A stretch of DNA of 64,000 nt. Origin: Candidatus Poribacteria bacterium. Its GTDB lineage: Bacteria > Poribacteria > WGA-4E > JAJDTR01. The first letter of the stretch is position 1. Each line of letters opens with the position of its first letter. The notes beneath the pieces were generated by a model that saw only the letters and a program-made list of their open reading frames with translations, was not told the origin of the DNA and made no database searches. The position numbers were made by a program, and so were the translations under genes. This document shows positions 1 through 10,494 of the stretch, in pieces. The stretch lies in the NCBI GenBank assembly GCA_965222225.1, contig CBDCTK010000002.1:4256001-4320000 (forward strand). Reading direction: 5' to 3'.

Positions 1-2
1 AA

Positions 3-1190
3 CTGCAATCCGTTGAATCCCGGAAACAATATATTGAGGCGAGAGAGGAAGCAATTAAGAGCCGCAAAGCAACCCTAAAACTTCATGAACAGGGACTTAT
101 CACTATCACGGACTCGGGAGCGGCGCAAGAGAAAGAATATCTCGCTGAATTGGAAAATTCCCGTAGACGGCTTCAGAAAATACTAGAAACAACCGAGCCG
201 GAGAAAGAACTAACGATACACTCGGAAGTGAGCGCACGAGCAACTTGGCTTGAGGCCGAAAGCGCCCTTGCCGCACAAGAAAAGCGGCTAGAATGGGCTA
301 CCGTCAAAGCGCCAATCTCTGGTACCATCACACGTGTATTCTTTGAGGAAGGAGAAATCGTCACCTCGGGACGCTCCGCATTTTCGCGCGGTGAAGCCTT
401 GATGACAATCGCAGATTTCTCCAAGATGATTGTCAAGACACGAATCAACGAAGTCGAAATCTCTAAGGTAGAAGTTGGGCAAGAAGCGGAGGTTCGAGTT
501 GAAACCTACACCGATTTAGTCTTTAAAGGGCGCGTTAGCGAAATATCGCCAGGGGCTATCGTCCCTCAACAGGGTGTGGAAAACACCGTTATTACTTTCG
601 AAGTAGATGTCGAAATACTTGAAGCGACATCTCAACTCCTTCCTGGCATGTCGGCAGATGTAGATATCATCGTTTTCAAGGGAGAGGATGTTCTCCAACT
701 GCCCATTGAAGCTGTTATCAATTCAGAGGTATTAACCGTAAAAGCAACAGTGACGGGGAGCGACCTTAGACGCCTTCGCCCAAATCAGGAACTCAAAATC
801 CTAAACTTGATTGGTAAAGAATTCACCGGCAAAGTTGGCAAGATCCGAGCAAATGCTTCACGCGGGAACGTGGAGATTCTACTTGATGGTACTCCCCGTG
901 GACTACGAACGGGGCCAGCTGAAGTCAGCATATTAATTTCGGACACGAATCGAATCTCGCGCGTGCAAGCGGGGATTGGTAGTACCAAGCAGCATTATGT
1001 GCAACTTGATACTGAAACCAAAGAGTCTAAGCGAAAAAAGGGAAAAGACAACGAGATGAAGGGCGTAAAGACTAGAATAGAAGTCGGTCAGCGCAATGCC
1101 AGCCATTTTGAGATTCTTGCTGGCGTGGACGCGGGAGATCGAGTCTTTGTCCCTTCCATGGAGCAGCTTACACGGCAGGATGGGAAGTAG
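3..1190 (+). CDS. MacA/HlyD-family efflux periplasmic adaptor subunit (5' end outside window)
   Basis: Frame is open from base 3; VKAPISGTI lipoyl-hairpin motif, beta-barrel [29 protein letters not shown]-terminal [12 protein letters not shown]; directly upstream of a MacB-type ATPase. Confidence 0.85.
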   Translation: MQSVESRKQYIEAREEAIKSRKATLKLHEQGLITITDSGAAQEKEYLAELENSRRRLQKILETTEPEKELTIHSEVSARATWLEAESALAAQEKRLEWATVKAPISGTITRVFFEEGEIVTSGRSAFSRGEALMTIADFSKMIVKTRINEVEISKVEVGQEAEVRVETYTDLVFKGRVSEISPGAIVPQQGVENTVITFEVDVEILEATSQLLPGMSADVDIIVFKGEDVLQLPIEAVINSEVLTVKATVTGSDLRRLRPNQELKILNLIGKEFTGKVGKIRANASRGNVEILLDGTPRGLRTGPAEVSILISDTNRISRVQAGIGSTKQHYVQLDTETKESKRKKGKDNEMKGVKTRIEVGQRNASHFEILAGVDAGDRVFVPSMEQLTRQDGK

Positions 1191-1219
1191 CCTGCCACGT
1201 CAACAGGTGGGGTGTTATC

Positions 1220-1930
1220 GTGCTTATAGATGCTCGCAATCTTACAAAAGTCTATCAAATGGGCGATGTTAAGGTGAATGCTCTCAGAGGTGTGACATTC
1301 ACCGCTGAATCCGGCGAATTCATCGCGATTATGGGGCCCTCTGGCTCGGGGAAATCCACGATGATGGATATTCTCGGCTGTCTCGCACAGCCGACCGAAG
1401 GCGAATACTACCTTGAAGGAGAGGAGGTCGGGCAGTTGTCCGACAACCGGCTCGCCGAGATTCGCAATCGGAAAATTGGGTTTGTATTCCAAACCTTCAA
1501 CCTACTGCCGCGCACAAGTGCCCAACATAATGTTGAGTTACCTCTCATTTATGCCGGAATTGGGCGCAAAGAGCGCAAACGTCGCGCTTTTGAATCGCTT
1601 GAAGCGGTTGGATTGGCAGATCGTGTGCGGCACAAATCGACGGAACTATCCGGTGGGCAGATTCAACGCGTGGCAATCGCACGCGCGCTTGTAGCGGATC
1701 CGTCAATCATCTTCGCTGATGAGCCCACGGGAAATCTCGATTCCAAGTCGGGTGCCGAAATCATGGCGATTTTCCACCGACTTAATGAAAAGGGGAATAC
1801 AATTATTATGGTCACGCACGAACAAGAGCTCGCCCAACACGCGAGGCGTGTGCTCCATATTCGAGATGGGCTGATTGAACGAGATGAGCGACGGAATGAG
1901 GAGTCTGAAACTCCGGAGATTGAAGAGTGA
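1220..1930 (+). CDS. ABC transporter ATP-binding protein, MacB/LolD family
   Basis: Walker [10 protein letters not shown], signature [17 protein letters not shown] switch; [11 protein letters not shown] typical of LolD/MacB. Confidence 0.93.
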   Translation: MLIDARNLTKVYQMGDVKVNALRGVTFTAESGEFIAIMGPSGSGKSTMMDILGCLAQPTEGEYYLEGEEVGQLSDNRLAEIRNRKIGFVFQTFNLLPRTSAQHNVELPLIYAGIGRKERKRRAFESLEAVGLADRVRHKSTELSGGQIQRVAIARALVADPSIIFADEPTGNLDSKSGAEIMAIFHRLNEKGNTIIMVTHEQELAQHARRVLHIRDGLIERDERRNEESETPEIEE

Positions 1931-2365
1931 GATTACTCTACTTTTAGCACAGCAAAAATCGACGCCTCTTACCTCTGCTGAGTTTCGTTATTCCTCCCAA
2001 TTCATTCGCGTGCGTTTAACCTCCCATTGAATGAGATATTCACAATTACGTTGTGAATGCGCTCACCTCAAAAATTCCTGCACCAAGACGTCCAATTCAA
2101 CTACGACCTCTGCACGAATTCGTTCAGATTCCAAGGCACTTTTGCCGAATCCTGATTTGCTAACTTGTCGGTAGATATGGCATAATAATTGCGTGTAACT
2201 TTGAGTGACCGGCCTAGCACTTCGTCTGAATCCCCAATCTTGATTTGCCTCATCAACCCAACCACCACTGAGGGAAAGACAAAAAGAGTTGCAAATAACC
2301 TTTGACCGCCATCGAAACGCTCTGTTTCGGATGGCCCAACTCAAACGTTGTAAAAGGGGGGCATC

Positions 2366-5128
2366 ATGAAGAAGATACTTGTGCTACTGACTCTTTTCGT
2401 CGCTTTTTCATGGAACACCTTCGCGCAAATTAGTTTGCCGGAGGGGGCTACTCAGCGTATCGGCAAAGGTGCAATCTGGGAGATTGCATATTCACCAGAT
2501 GGTAAGTATCTCGCAGTTGCCAGTTCTATTGGGACGTGGCTGTATGATGCGCATACGGGCGCCGGACTCTCCCTACTCACCGGACATACGTACGGCGTGA
2601 CTAGTGTAGCGTTCAGTCCTGACGGCCAGACGCTCGCCAGTGGCGGTGATTGGCCTGACAGGACCATCCGTTTGTGGGACGCGGCAACGGGCGCACACAA
2701 GTTGACGCTAGACGTAAGTGCATTCAGTGGCGGCAGTTTAGCGTTCAGTCCTGACGGTAAAGCGCTTGCGGGGACGACCTACGATAAGAAGGTACGTCTT
2801 TGGAATGCCGCGACAGGAGCTCCCATCCTGACATTGGAGGGGCATACGTCCAGCATCACTAGCGTGGCGTTCAGTCCGGATGGCCGCGCACTTGCCTCAG
2901 GAAGCGGGGACGATACCGTCCGGTTGTGGGATATAGGCACGGGGCGGCAAAAATTTAAACTAACCGAAAATAAGAATTGGGTTACTAGCGTCGCGTTCAG
3001 CCCCGACGGGCGCATGCTGGCTAGCAGCAGTTATGATGGTAGAATCCGTTTGTGGGATGCGGAGACAGGCGATCTCCAGAGATCTCTTGGAGGACATACC
3101 GGAGTGATTGCCTGCGTTGCTTTCAATCCGGATGGTCGGACGCTTGCCAGTGGAGGTGAAGACAGCACCGTCCGTCTTTGGGATGTAATGACAGGCGGCC
3201 ACAAGCGAACGATTGAAGGACATTCGTCTTGGGTCAGGAACATCGCTTTCAGTCCGGACGGTCAAACACTTGCCAGTGGGAGTTGGGACTACACCGTCCG
3301 CCTGTGGAATACGGCGACGGGTGACCACAAGCAAACGATTGAAGGGCACACGGGGATGGTCTGGAGTGTAGCCTTCAGTCCGGATGGTCAAATGCTTGCT
3401 AGCGGGAGTGGAAATCCGTTCCCTTGGATAGCGAACAACCATGTCCGCATTCTGGATCCACTAACAGGTAGTGTCCAGCAAACTCTCACTCCGCAAAGCT
3501 CTTGGGTGCAGAGCGTGGTGTTCAGTCCGGATGGGAGAACGCTCGTTAGTGGTGGAGGGCGTGACATGCATCTTTGGGATGTCGTGTCGGGAGCGCAGAA
3601 ACTAACCCTAAAGGGGCATACACGTTCGGTCTATAGCGTTGTGTATGATCGGGATGGTCGAACGCTCGCCAGCGGGAGCGATGACGGGACCGTCCGTTTG
3701 TGGAATGCTGAGACCGGTGCGCATGCTCGAACACTGGAAGGACACAAGGACAGGGTAAATGGCGTAGTGTTTAGTCCAAATGGAAGTACACTTGCCAGTG
3801 GGAGTGATGATCATACTATACGATTGTGGGATACGGTCACGGGTGCACAGCTCATGACTCTTCGAGGGTACAGGGATAAGGTGCATAGCTTGGCATTCAG
3901 TCCGGACGGGCGCACGCTTGCCAGTGGGAACGGGCATAAAATCCATCTCTGGGACTCCGTAACAGGAACAATCCAGCGAACCCTTGAAGACCATAGGGGG
4001 CAGGTGAAAAGCATTGTATTTAGTCCAAATGGACGATCGCTCGCCAGTGGCAGTGGAGATGGCACAGTGCTTTTATGGAGGATTATCCCCTCTGTCAACA
4101 TCAATTCTACCGCAAGAGTCTCGCCTGCTACGGTGCGGTTGCCTGCCCTCGGAGCAGAGTTCGCCATTGCACTCACCATTGCGGAAACCGAAAACGTGGC
4201 GGGCTATCAAGCAACCCTTCAATTTGACCCCACCGCGGTCCGCTTTGTCGCGAACATTAATGGCGACTACTTCCTTGGCGGTGTCTTTGCCGCGCCACCA
4301 GTCGATAAGGGAAATAGTGTTACGGTCACAGCGACATCCCTCGCCGGTGTAAATAGCGGAGAGGGAACGCTTGTTACGTTCACCTTTGAAGTTCTTGCTT
4401 TCAAAGAATCTAGTCTGACGCTATCTGAAGTAATTCTAGTGGCTCCGGACGGGGAGCGTCATTTTCCTCACATCGAAAACGGGCAAGTGTTGGTAAAATC
4501 CCCGGACGAAACAGGAATCGCAGGCGATGTCAATCGCGATGGCGTAGTAAATCTCCAGGATCTTGTACTGATAGGTTCGAACTTGGTTCAGGCGGGACAA
4601 AACGATGCCGATGTGAATGGCGATGGAATTGTTGATATTGTTGACTTGGTTAAGGCAGCCGGCGCAATAGGGAACGGCGCAGGTGCGCCTCCAGCGTCTT
4701 TTGATATGCAGCCGTCCCTTTCTGCAATTGATGTGAAACGGTGGCTTGACTTAACAAGAGGATTATCCTCTGCGGACGCATCATTGCAACAGGGAGTTCG
4801 CTTCTTAGAAAGTCTATTGGTGGCATTGACTCCCAAAGAGACCGTATTGTTGCCAAACTACCCAAATCCGTTCAACCCGGAAACATGGATTCCGTATCAT
4901 CTCGCCAACGACTCCAATGTCATGATCGCGATTTACGACGTGAACGGCATGTTGGTGCGTCGGTTGGACTTAGGGCATCAGCAAGCGGGGTTTTACGCTG
5001 ATAAAGGGCTTGCGGCGTATTGGGATGGCAGAAACATGAGAGGTGAGCCGGTTGCGAGCGGCACGTATTTCTATCAACTCCAAACGGGTGATTTCTCAGC
5101 GATGCGGCGATTGGTAATTGTCAAGTAG
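2366..5128 (+). CDS. Secreted WD40-repeat protein with cohesin-like, dockerin-like and C-terminal FlgD-Ig/T9SS-type domains
   Basis: Signal peptide; ~13 repeats GH..V.SVAFSPDG..LASGS.D.TVRLWD; cohesin-like VAGYQATLQFDP; paired dockerin/EF motifs GDVNRDGVVNLQDLV and DVNGDGIVDIVDLV; tail LLPNYPNPFNPETWIPY..WDGRN..GEPVASGTYFY. Confidence 0.88.
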   Translation: MKKILVLLTLFVAFSWNTFAQISLPEGATQRIGKGAIWEIAYSPDGKYLAVASSIGTWLYDAHTGAGLSLLTGHTYGVTSVAFSPDGQTLASGGDWPDRTIRLWDAATGAHKLTLDVSAFSGGSLAFSPDGKALAGTTYDKKVRLWNAATGAPILTLEGHTSSITSVAFSPDGRALASGSGDDTVRLWDIGTGRQKFKLTENKNWVTSVAFSPDGRMLASSSYDGRIRLWDAETGDLQRSLGGHTGVIACVAFNPDGRTLASGGEDSTVRLWDVMTGGHKRTIEGHSSWVRNIAFSPDGQTLASGSWDYTVRLWNTATGDHKQTIEGHTGMVWSVAFSPDGQMLASGSGNPFPWIANNHVRILDPLTGSVQQTLTPQSSWVQSVVFSPDGRTLVSGGGRDMHLWDVVSGAQKLTLKGHTRSVYSVVYDRDGRTLASGSDDGTVRLWNAETGAHARTLEGHKDRVNGVVFSPNGSTLASGSDDHTIRLWDTVTGAQLMTLRGYRDKVHSLAFSPDGRTLASGNGHKIHLWDSVTGTIQRTLEDHRGQVKSIVFSPNGRSLASGSGDGTVLLWRIIPSVNINSTARVSPATVRLPALGAEFAIALTIAETENVAGYQATLQFDPTAVRFVANINGDYFLGGVFAAPPVDKGNSVTVTATSLAGVNSGEGTLVTFTFEVLAFKESSLTLSEVILVAPDGERHFPHIENGQVLVKSPDETGIAGDVNRDGVVNLQDLVLIGSNLVQAGQNDADVNGDGIVDIVDLVKAAGAIGNGAGAPPASFDMQPSLSAIDVKRWLDLTRGLSSADASLQQGVRFLESLLVALTPKETVLLPNYPNPFNPETWIPYHLANDSNVMIAIYDVNGMLVRRLDLGHQQAGFYADKGLAAYWDGRNMRGEPVASGTYFYQLQTGDFSAMRRLVIVK

Positions 5129-5354
5129 CACAGTCGAGTCCGGGCTTCCGTGGAGCGCGACAAGGAAACTTCTGGACTATTTTGTAGGGCTGAGCGTTAT
5201 GGTGTTGCGGTAAGTCCATGAAAGCGGTATAGTGTAAGCATTATACCCAAGTTCATCTTGCGATGCCTTTGAAGCTGCCTAAGCACGGTCAAAATCAATA
5301 GGAATCCTCGCGGTCTTATCAATCATCTACTAGCACTAGCAATTCGGTATAACT

Positions 5355-6323
5355 ATGAGGCATGTAAAAGTAATAACCCCCGCTCGCCTCCACTTTGGGC
5401 TAATTGATCTCAACGGTGCGTTGGGCAGGATTGACGGTGGCGTTGGACTCGCGATCAACGATCCAATCTTCGAGTTAATCGCTAAACCTTCAAACCGAAT
5501 TGAAATCGAGTCATGGCAATACCAGCAGCGGGCATACACCATACTTGGACGTCTTCAGGCGAAATTCGAATTTCCCGGTCTGCACGTGGAGTTTTTATCC
5601 GAGATTCCCGCGCATTCGGGTTTCGGATCGGGAACGCAACTTGCGCTGGGACTTGGTCAAGCTGTCAATACTCTTTACAACCTTAATCTCAGCATCCTGG
5701 ACCTCGCCTTCGCTGCCGCTCGCGGGGGAACATCCGGAATAGGTGTTGCAGCATTTGAACATGGCGGATTCGTCCTTGATGGCGGTCATCTCTTCCCCGA
5801 TCAGAAATCCTCTTTTCTCCCCTCCTCGGCTGTCGGCAATGTTCCACCGCCACCCGTTCTTCTTCGATACCCCTTCCCAAATTGGGATTTATTAATCGTT
5901 AGTCCGACCTGCAAACATATCTCGGGCAAAGCAGAGATCAATCCGTTTCAGACGTTGTGCCCTCAACCGCAATCGACAGCAGAACGGCTTTCACATATCA
6001 TCCTGATGAAACTTTTGCCAGCAATTCATGAAGAGAACCTCCACGCCTTTGGCGATGCGATTAATCGAATTCAGACCTTCGGGTGGAAAAAGGTTGAGAT
6101 TGATGCTCAACGGGGCGTACTTCAACAGACGCTTGACTTTCTCCGAGAGAGTGGCGCGATTGGCGCCGGAGTCAGCAGCTGGGGGCCCGCGATTTTCGCT
6201 GTAGGCGAGAATCTCTCTGCCTTGCATAGGAAGACCGAAGCCTTTCTTGACTCCTTGCCAGACGGCGGTAGTTGCTTTGTCACGCAACCAAATAATGTCG
6301 GCGCCCGAGTGGAGTTGCCTTAA
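5355..6323 (+). CDS. Beta-ribofuranosylaminobenzene 5'-phosphate (beta-RFAP) synthase family, GHMP-kinase fold
   Basis: Family motifs TPARLHFGLIDLNG..GRIDGGVG, IPAHSGFGSGTQLAL, RGGTSGIGVAAFEHGGFVLDGGH, GVSSWGP. Confidence 0.85.
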   Translation: MRHVKVITPARLHFGLIDLNGALGRIDGGVGLAINDPIFELIAKPSNRIEIESWQYQQRAYTILGRLQAKFEFPGLHVEFLSEIPAHSGFGSGTQLALGLGQAVNTLYNLNLSILDLAFAAARGGTSGIGVAAFEHGGFVLDGGHLFPDQKSSFLPSSAVGNVPPPPVLLRYPFPNWDLLIVSPTCKHISGKAEINPFQTLCPQPQSTAERLSHIILMKLLPAIHEENLHAFGDAINRIQTFGWKKVEIDAQRGVLQQTLDFLRESGAIGAGVSSWGPAIFAVGENLSALHRKTEAFLDSLPDGGSCFVTQPNNVGARVELP

Positions 6324-6363
6324 TTTGCCGTTCAGTTCAGTTATGAGTTCTCAACTTTTGTTC

Positions 6364-7839
6364 CTAGTCTAAATACTCCGTAGCAACGTATAGCCGAATT
6401 TGAGTGCCGCTTCGGTTTCGCAAACAGAGGATTACTTCATTCCTATCATCGTTATCCGCGTCATCAATCTTCAAGTCGACAATCTTTCCGTCAAGTAGCG
6501 GACTCTTCCAAACGATCGTATACACCCCGTGTCTGTTTTCAAGAACCACAAATTGATCCCGCAATTCGCCGCTCGGCAGCTCCACAGGCGCGCTTAGGCT
6601 CGTAGCAATTTCAAATATTGCATCGCCATCCAAATCTCCGATCGCGATTCCCTCGCCAAACAGCGGCGGCGTTTGCCAGAGAAGTCGAGCTGTTTTGGGG
6701 TCGATATGATATGCCCGAAGGTGGCCGTCGGAATCAATCATAACAATCTCACCGCTTCGATTTGACGAGTCTGCGCTTAGTATACGAGGGGCAACAGAAT
6801 GATAGTTGACGTGAAGGGCGGACGGTTGAGTGCCCCGATCGCCTTTCGCGTTTCTGACTAAGAAGACGGTCGAATTTGCTTCGTAGTTCGACGAGTCCGT
6901 TTCGGTTTTCGCGGCAAGGAAAAAATCTGCGCCATGGGCGACCAACATCGGCGAATGTTTTGACACTAACGCTCGGTTGTCCTCTATCCACTCGACTCGC
7001 CAGGTAATATCCGGTGGAGAACTAATATAAAGTTCGTCTCGATCGTTTTCATCCTGATCTGCCGAGAACATTGTCCGGCGCTCCCGGTCCGTGATGGGTG
7101 ATTCGTCTTCTTGATACTGGATGTCCGCCAGATTAGTACGTTTGTCAAAACCAACACCGTTCCACTGTAACGTTTTTATTTGCTTAGCCTCTGCCAACAT
7201 CAGTTCATTGTAGCCATCACCATCAACATCCGCGACATCAAGGGCGAGCACTGCTAAATTTTTGTCTGGCAGCCCTTTCCATCTCAAGTGATAAAGATTG
7301 TTGATTCCTTGCGACGTGTGATTTGAGGAAGACGGCGACGGAACCGAGAGGGTTGATTCAAACTCGGCATAATGGTTGAGATATCCTGTAGCTACATCCC
7401 AAAGAAATAAAGTACCTTTCATTGGTTGATGCGGGTCGCTCTGGATTATTCGCCCCGTCAGCAACTGCTTGCACCGAAGAATCTTTCCATACTTCCATGT
7501 CTGAGGAATCGACAATAGTCCATTGTCCGTAGGGAAATCACGCCAATCAATCCCATTAATACCGATGAAGTCTTCGCCGGCATGAACAACTAGCCGTGCA
7601 GCTAGCAGACGTGTAAGGATTTCGCAAACGGGCTGAAGGTTAGCTTGGTTGGAAGTCAGTGGGATAAGTGCGATAAAGGTATCATCTTGCGGAAGTTGCG
7701 TGCTTATCTCCTCCACAGCTTGGCGAATCCCAAAGGTTGGGTTGGTTGCCTTAGCAGTGGAAGTTTTTGTCAAGAAACACGCCGTTATCACGGTAAGAAG
7801 GAGGAGGGAAAGCTGCCTCATGGAAATTGAAGGTTGCAT
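6364..7839 (-). CDS. Secreted hypothetical protein with FG-GAP/VCBS-like repeats
   Basis: Long ORF; hydrophobic signal near MRQLSLLLL; ADVDGDGYNEL, GDLDGDAIFEI, DDADNDDRNEV motifs. Start uncertain (7821 or 7839). Confidence 0.6.
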   Translation of the reverse strand: MQPSISMRQLSLLLLTVITACFLTKTSTAKATNPTFGIRQAVEEISTQLPQDDTFIALIPLTSNQANLQPVCEILTRLLAARLVVHAGEDFIGINGIDWRDFPTDNGLLSIPQTWKYGKILRCKQLLTGRIIQSDPHQPMKGTLFLWDVATGYLNHYAEFESTLSVPSPSSSNHTSQGINNLYHLRWKGLPDKNLAVLALDVADVDGDGYNELMLAEAKQIKTLQWNGVGFDKRTNLADIQYQEDESPITDRERRTMFSADQDENDRDELYISSPPDITWRVEWIEDNRALVSKHSPMLVAHGADFFLAAKTETDSSNYEANSTVFLVRNAKGDRGTQPSALHVNYHSVAPRILSADSSNRSGEIVMIDSDGHLRAYHIDPKTARLLWQTPPLFGEGIAIGDLDGDAIFEIATSLSAPVELPSGELRDQFVVLENRHGVYTIVWKSPLLDGKIVDLKIDDADNDDRNEVILCLRNRSGTQIRLYVATEYLD

Positions 7840-8150
7840 GTTGTTAACCTGTGAAGCATGCTCAATCAAAGCGAGATCTCTCAACCGTTTGATTAGAGAT
7901 TCTGGCGGTTCGGAGCGCTTAGTCTTTGCAAACCGCCTTCCATAATTACAATAGATAGTCAAGTCAAACGAGACAAATCATGACAGGAATCCAAACGTTA
8001 ACTCAACTGGTTGCAAGGCCAATCTTCGAGTGGCAACGAGTCGTTGGTTGACTGAATTATTCAAAAGTTTAACTTGACAAATCTTAGGCGCTATGTGAAT
8101 ATAAAAAACCGTTCCTTACGTGCACAAGAAACAAACTTACTTGATGGCCC

Positions 8151-8981
8151 GTGACTCAGATGTCAACACCTGACCACTATCAGACACTAGAAGTCAATCG
8201 GCACGCAGCAGCGGGAGCGATTAAGCAGGCGTTCCGTCGGTTGGCTAAGGAATATCATCCGGACAAAAATCCGACGCGCGAGAAATTTGCCACAAAAATG
8301 TTTCGGCAGATTTCTACCGCATACGATGTCCTCCGTGACCCGGCGGAGAGGTTCAAATACGATTTAACACTAAACGCCGCAACACGCAACGCGAGTTTTC
8401 GGAGCCCCTATCATGAAGGCTTCACGCATCGGCATTACACCCAATACAGGTTTGGCTTGATGTTTCAGCAGTTGTTAACTCAGAACTATGAAGCTGGTAT
8501 CCAGATTTACGAACAGTTGCAACGAGGAAATAAGAAGTTCCGCATGGACGACTTTTTAGATTATGAAAATAGCAGGGACTGTGAGTTCCTTATCGCTGAA
8601 GCCTATCAAACCCTTGGTGACCTGCCGAAAGCAACACGTATTTACGAATCTTTGCTTGCGTTGGAAAAACGCCGACCTGTTTTTCATCATTTTGCCGACG
8701 AGATTAGAGACCGGTTAAAACGAATCTACTGCTATGCCTTAGCCGATCCGGTGCACATTGAATCTATTCCTAATAACCTAGAGAAGATCCGTGCGCTGAA
8801 GTTATCAAAACGTGAGACCGCCTGGGTATACAAAAAACTTGCGGAATTCTATTGCGAAATTAACTGGCTTGCCAAAGCCCAAGAAATGCTGCGGATAGCC
8901 CTTGAACTGCATCCACGTTTAGAGGGTACGAAGAAGATTTGCCAGAAATTAAGACTAGAACATCAGTTATGTCAGGATTGA
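8151..8981 (+). CDS. DnaJ (J-domain) protein with C-terminal helical/TPR-like region
   Basis: DHYQTLEV..IKQAFRRLAKEYHPDKN..AYDVL.DP..R.KYD J-domain with HPD; no G/F-rich or zinc-finger region. Confidence 0.85.
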   Translation: MTQMSTPDHYQTLEVNRHAAAGAIKQAFRRLAKEYHPDKNPTREKFATKMFRQISTAYDVLRDPAERFKYDLTLNAATRNASFRSPYHEGFTHRHYTQYRFGLMFQQLLTQNYEAGIQIYEQLQRGNKKFRMDDFLDYENSRDCEFLIAEAYQTLGDLPKATRIYESLLALEKRRPVFHHFADEIRDRLKRIYCYALADPVHIESIPNNLEKIRALKLSKRETAWVYKKLAEFYCEINWLAKAQEMLRIALELHPRLEGTKKICQKLRLEHQLCQD

Positions 8982-9178
8982 AAGCCGTCTCATCAAGATT
9001 GTAACATCTCTCGAATTGACACACAAGGCAAAAGCCTAGACTGGTGTGAAGCCGTAACAACGGCATCTGTTAGCGCACGACTCTCATTCCGTACAGGCCG
9101 GTTGTCAAAATGAGACCCTAAGTAAAATCAAGGCTCTACAATAGATTCTGAGTAAAACTGACATATAGGAACTCACTT

Positions 9179-10318
9179 ATGAGTATAACAAATCAGGATG
9201 ACGACGCGATAGCTGCACACGTTCGCGAAGGCGAGAGAAAGGCACGCGAACTTGACAACCGCGGTCCGATCGAATTTGGCTCAGACGGCTTACTGGATAA
9301 CAGAATTCTAGATGCCTACTCGCGTTACGGCTTTTATGTGTTTGAAGATGTCGTGACAGGCGAAGAACTCAACGATTTACAGACTGAGTTAGAACGCATG
9401 CTTGAGCGCGTCCCACACACCAAAGATGCGCTTGTTGACGCGAAAGGACGACCCGCGATTGGAGCCGAATTTTCTCATCGGGTTTTCAACTTTGCGAAGC
9501 CGTTGAGCGATCCCGTCGGCGGAACCTCAAAAAACCAGGGGCGCCACCATGTTAAAATGGAAGAACCCGAACCACCTCCCGACGCCCCGGAATATATACT
9601 GTACACAATCACCGGTCCGCTACAGATTATGGATTCCTGCCTCCGGCTCTACGGCCATTCACAGCTTTTATCCGTAGCAGAACAGATTAATGGGCCAGAT
9701 TTTGCCCCGTTCGGCGAGGCGATGTTCATCAAGCAGCCAGGACTTGGTGCATCAGTTGCCTGGCACCAGGACGGTACGACACACTGGGACAAACCTGACC
9801 TCGACGAGGGAACACACGGTTTCAATTTCATGTTTCAATTCTACGGAAGTTCTGGCGGCAGCGGCGTATGGGTACTCCCCGGATCGCACAAGGGAAGCAG
9901 GCACAATATCAAAGATATGATTCAGGAAAACGATGGTTCCGACCGTCTCCCAGGGGCAGTCCCGCTAGTCTGTGAGGCAGGAGATGTTGTCATGGCAAAC
10001 CGTCAAACGTTGCACTGCTCTTTCGCCAATACTTCACCGGATCGACGCGTAACGTTCAACTTCGGATTTCACCGCCGCGCCTCGGTGCTCAATGTCACGA
10101 CCCACTTCTTCGAAAAGCCGGTGGTCTACGACGAGGAATACATTCACGAAAGAGCACGATTGATTGCCGTGGCTATTGATGCCCGCCAGCAGCGTTTTCC
10201 CCACGAATCGCGATACGTCTACCAGCCTTTTATCGGACAGGAGGACGCCAACCGCTGGAACGAAGCCGCACGGGAAAACATCGTCAAAGACTACCATTTG
10301 AAGGATCTTCGGCTTTGA
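9179..10318 (+). CDS. PhyH-family Fe(II)/2OG dioxygenase
   Basis: GFYVFEDV, WHQD, VLPGSH, GDVV..LHCS..N.S..RR motifs. Confidence 0.85.
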   Translation: MSITNQDDDAIAAHVREGERKARELDNRGPIEFGSDGLLDNRILDAYSRYGFYVFEDVVTGEELNDLQTELERMLERVPHTKDALVDAKGRPAIGAEFSHRVFNFAKPLSDPVGGTSKNQGRHHVKMEEPEPPPDAPEYILYTITGPLQIMDSCLRLYGHSQLLSVAEQINGPDFAPFGEAMFIKQPGLGASVAWHQDGTTHWDKPDLDEGTHGFNFMFQFYGSSGGSGVWVLPGSHKGSRHNIKDMIQENDGSDRLPGAVPLVCEAGDVVMANRQTLHCSFANTSPDRRVTFNFGFHRRASVLNVTTHFFEKPVVYDEEYIHERARLIAVAIDARQQRFPHESRYVYQPFIGQEDANRWNEAARENIVKDYHLKDLRL

Positions 10319-10494
10319 CCCTATGCATGTTCCAATAACCTCCGAATTCTTGTGGAATTTTGACAAAATCTGGTAGGTAAGAGCGACATTGAGGGTCACC
10401 GATATTCCACGCGAAGGGTGGAACGGTATGGGTATTGGGTATAGAGTGCGCACTACCCCACTGCTGAATCGCACTGTAAAAAGGGAGCAATACG

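Noticed and set aside
2265-2340. c-di-GMP or other known riboswitch upstream of the WD40 gene
   Set aside because: Only loose GAAA/GCAAA words; the consensus structure could not be built by eye
2455-4080. Nucleotide repeats (TTCAGTCCGGAYGG) as a non-coding repeat array
   Set aside because: Explained by in-frame WD40 coding repeats
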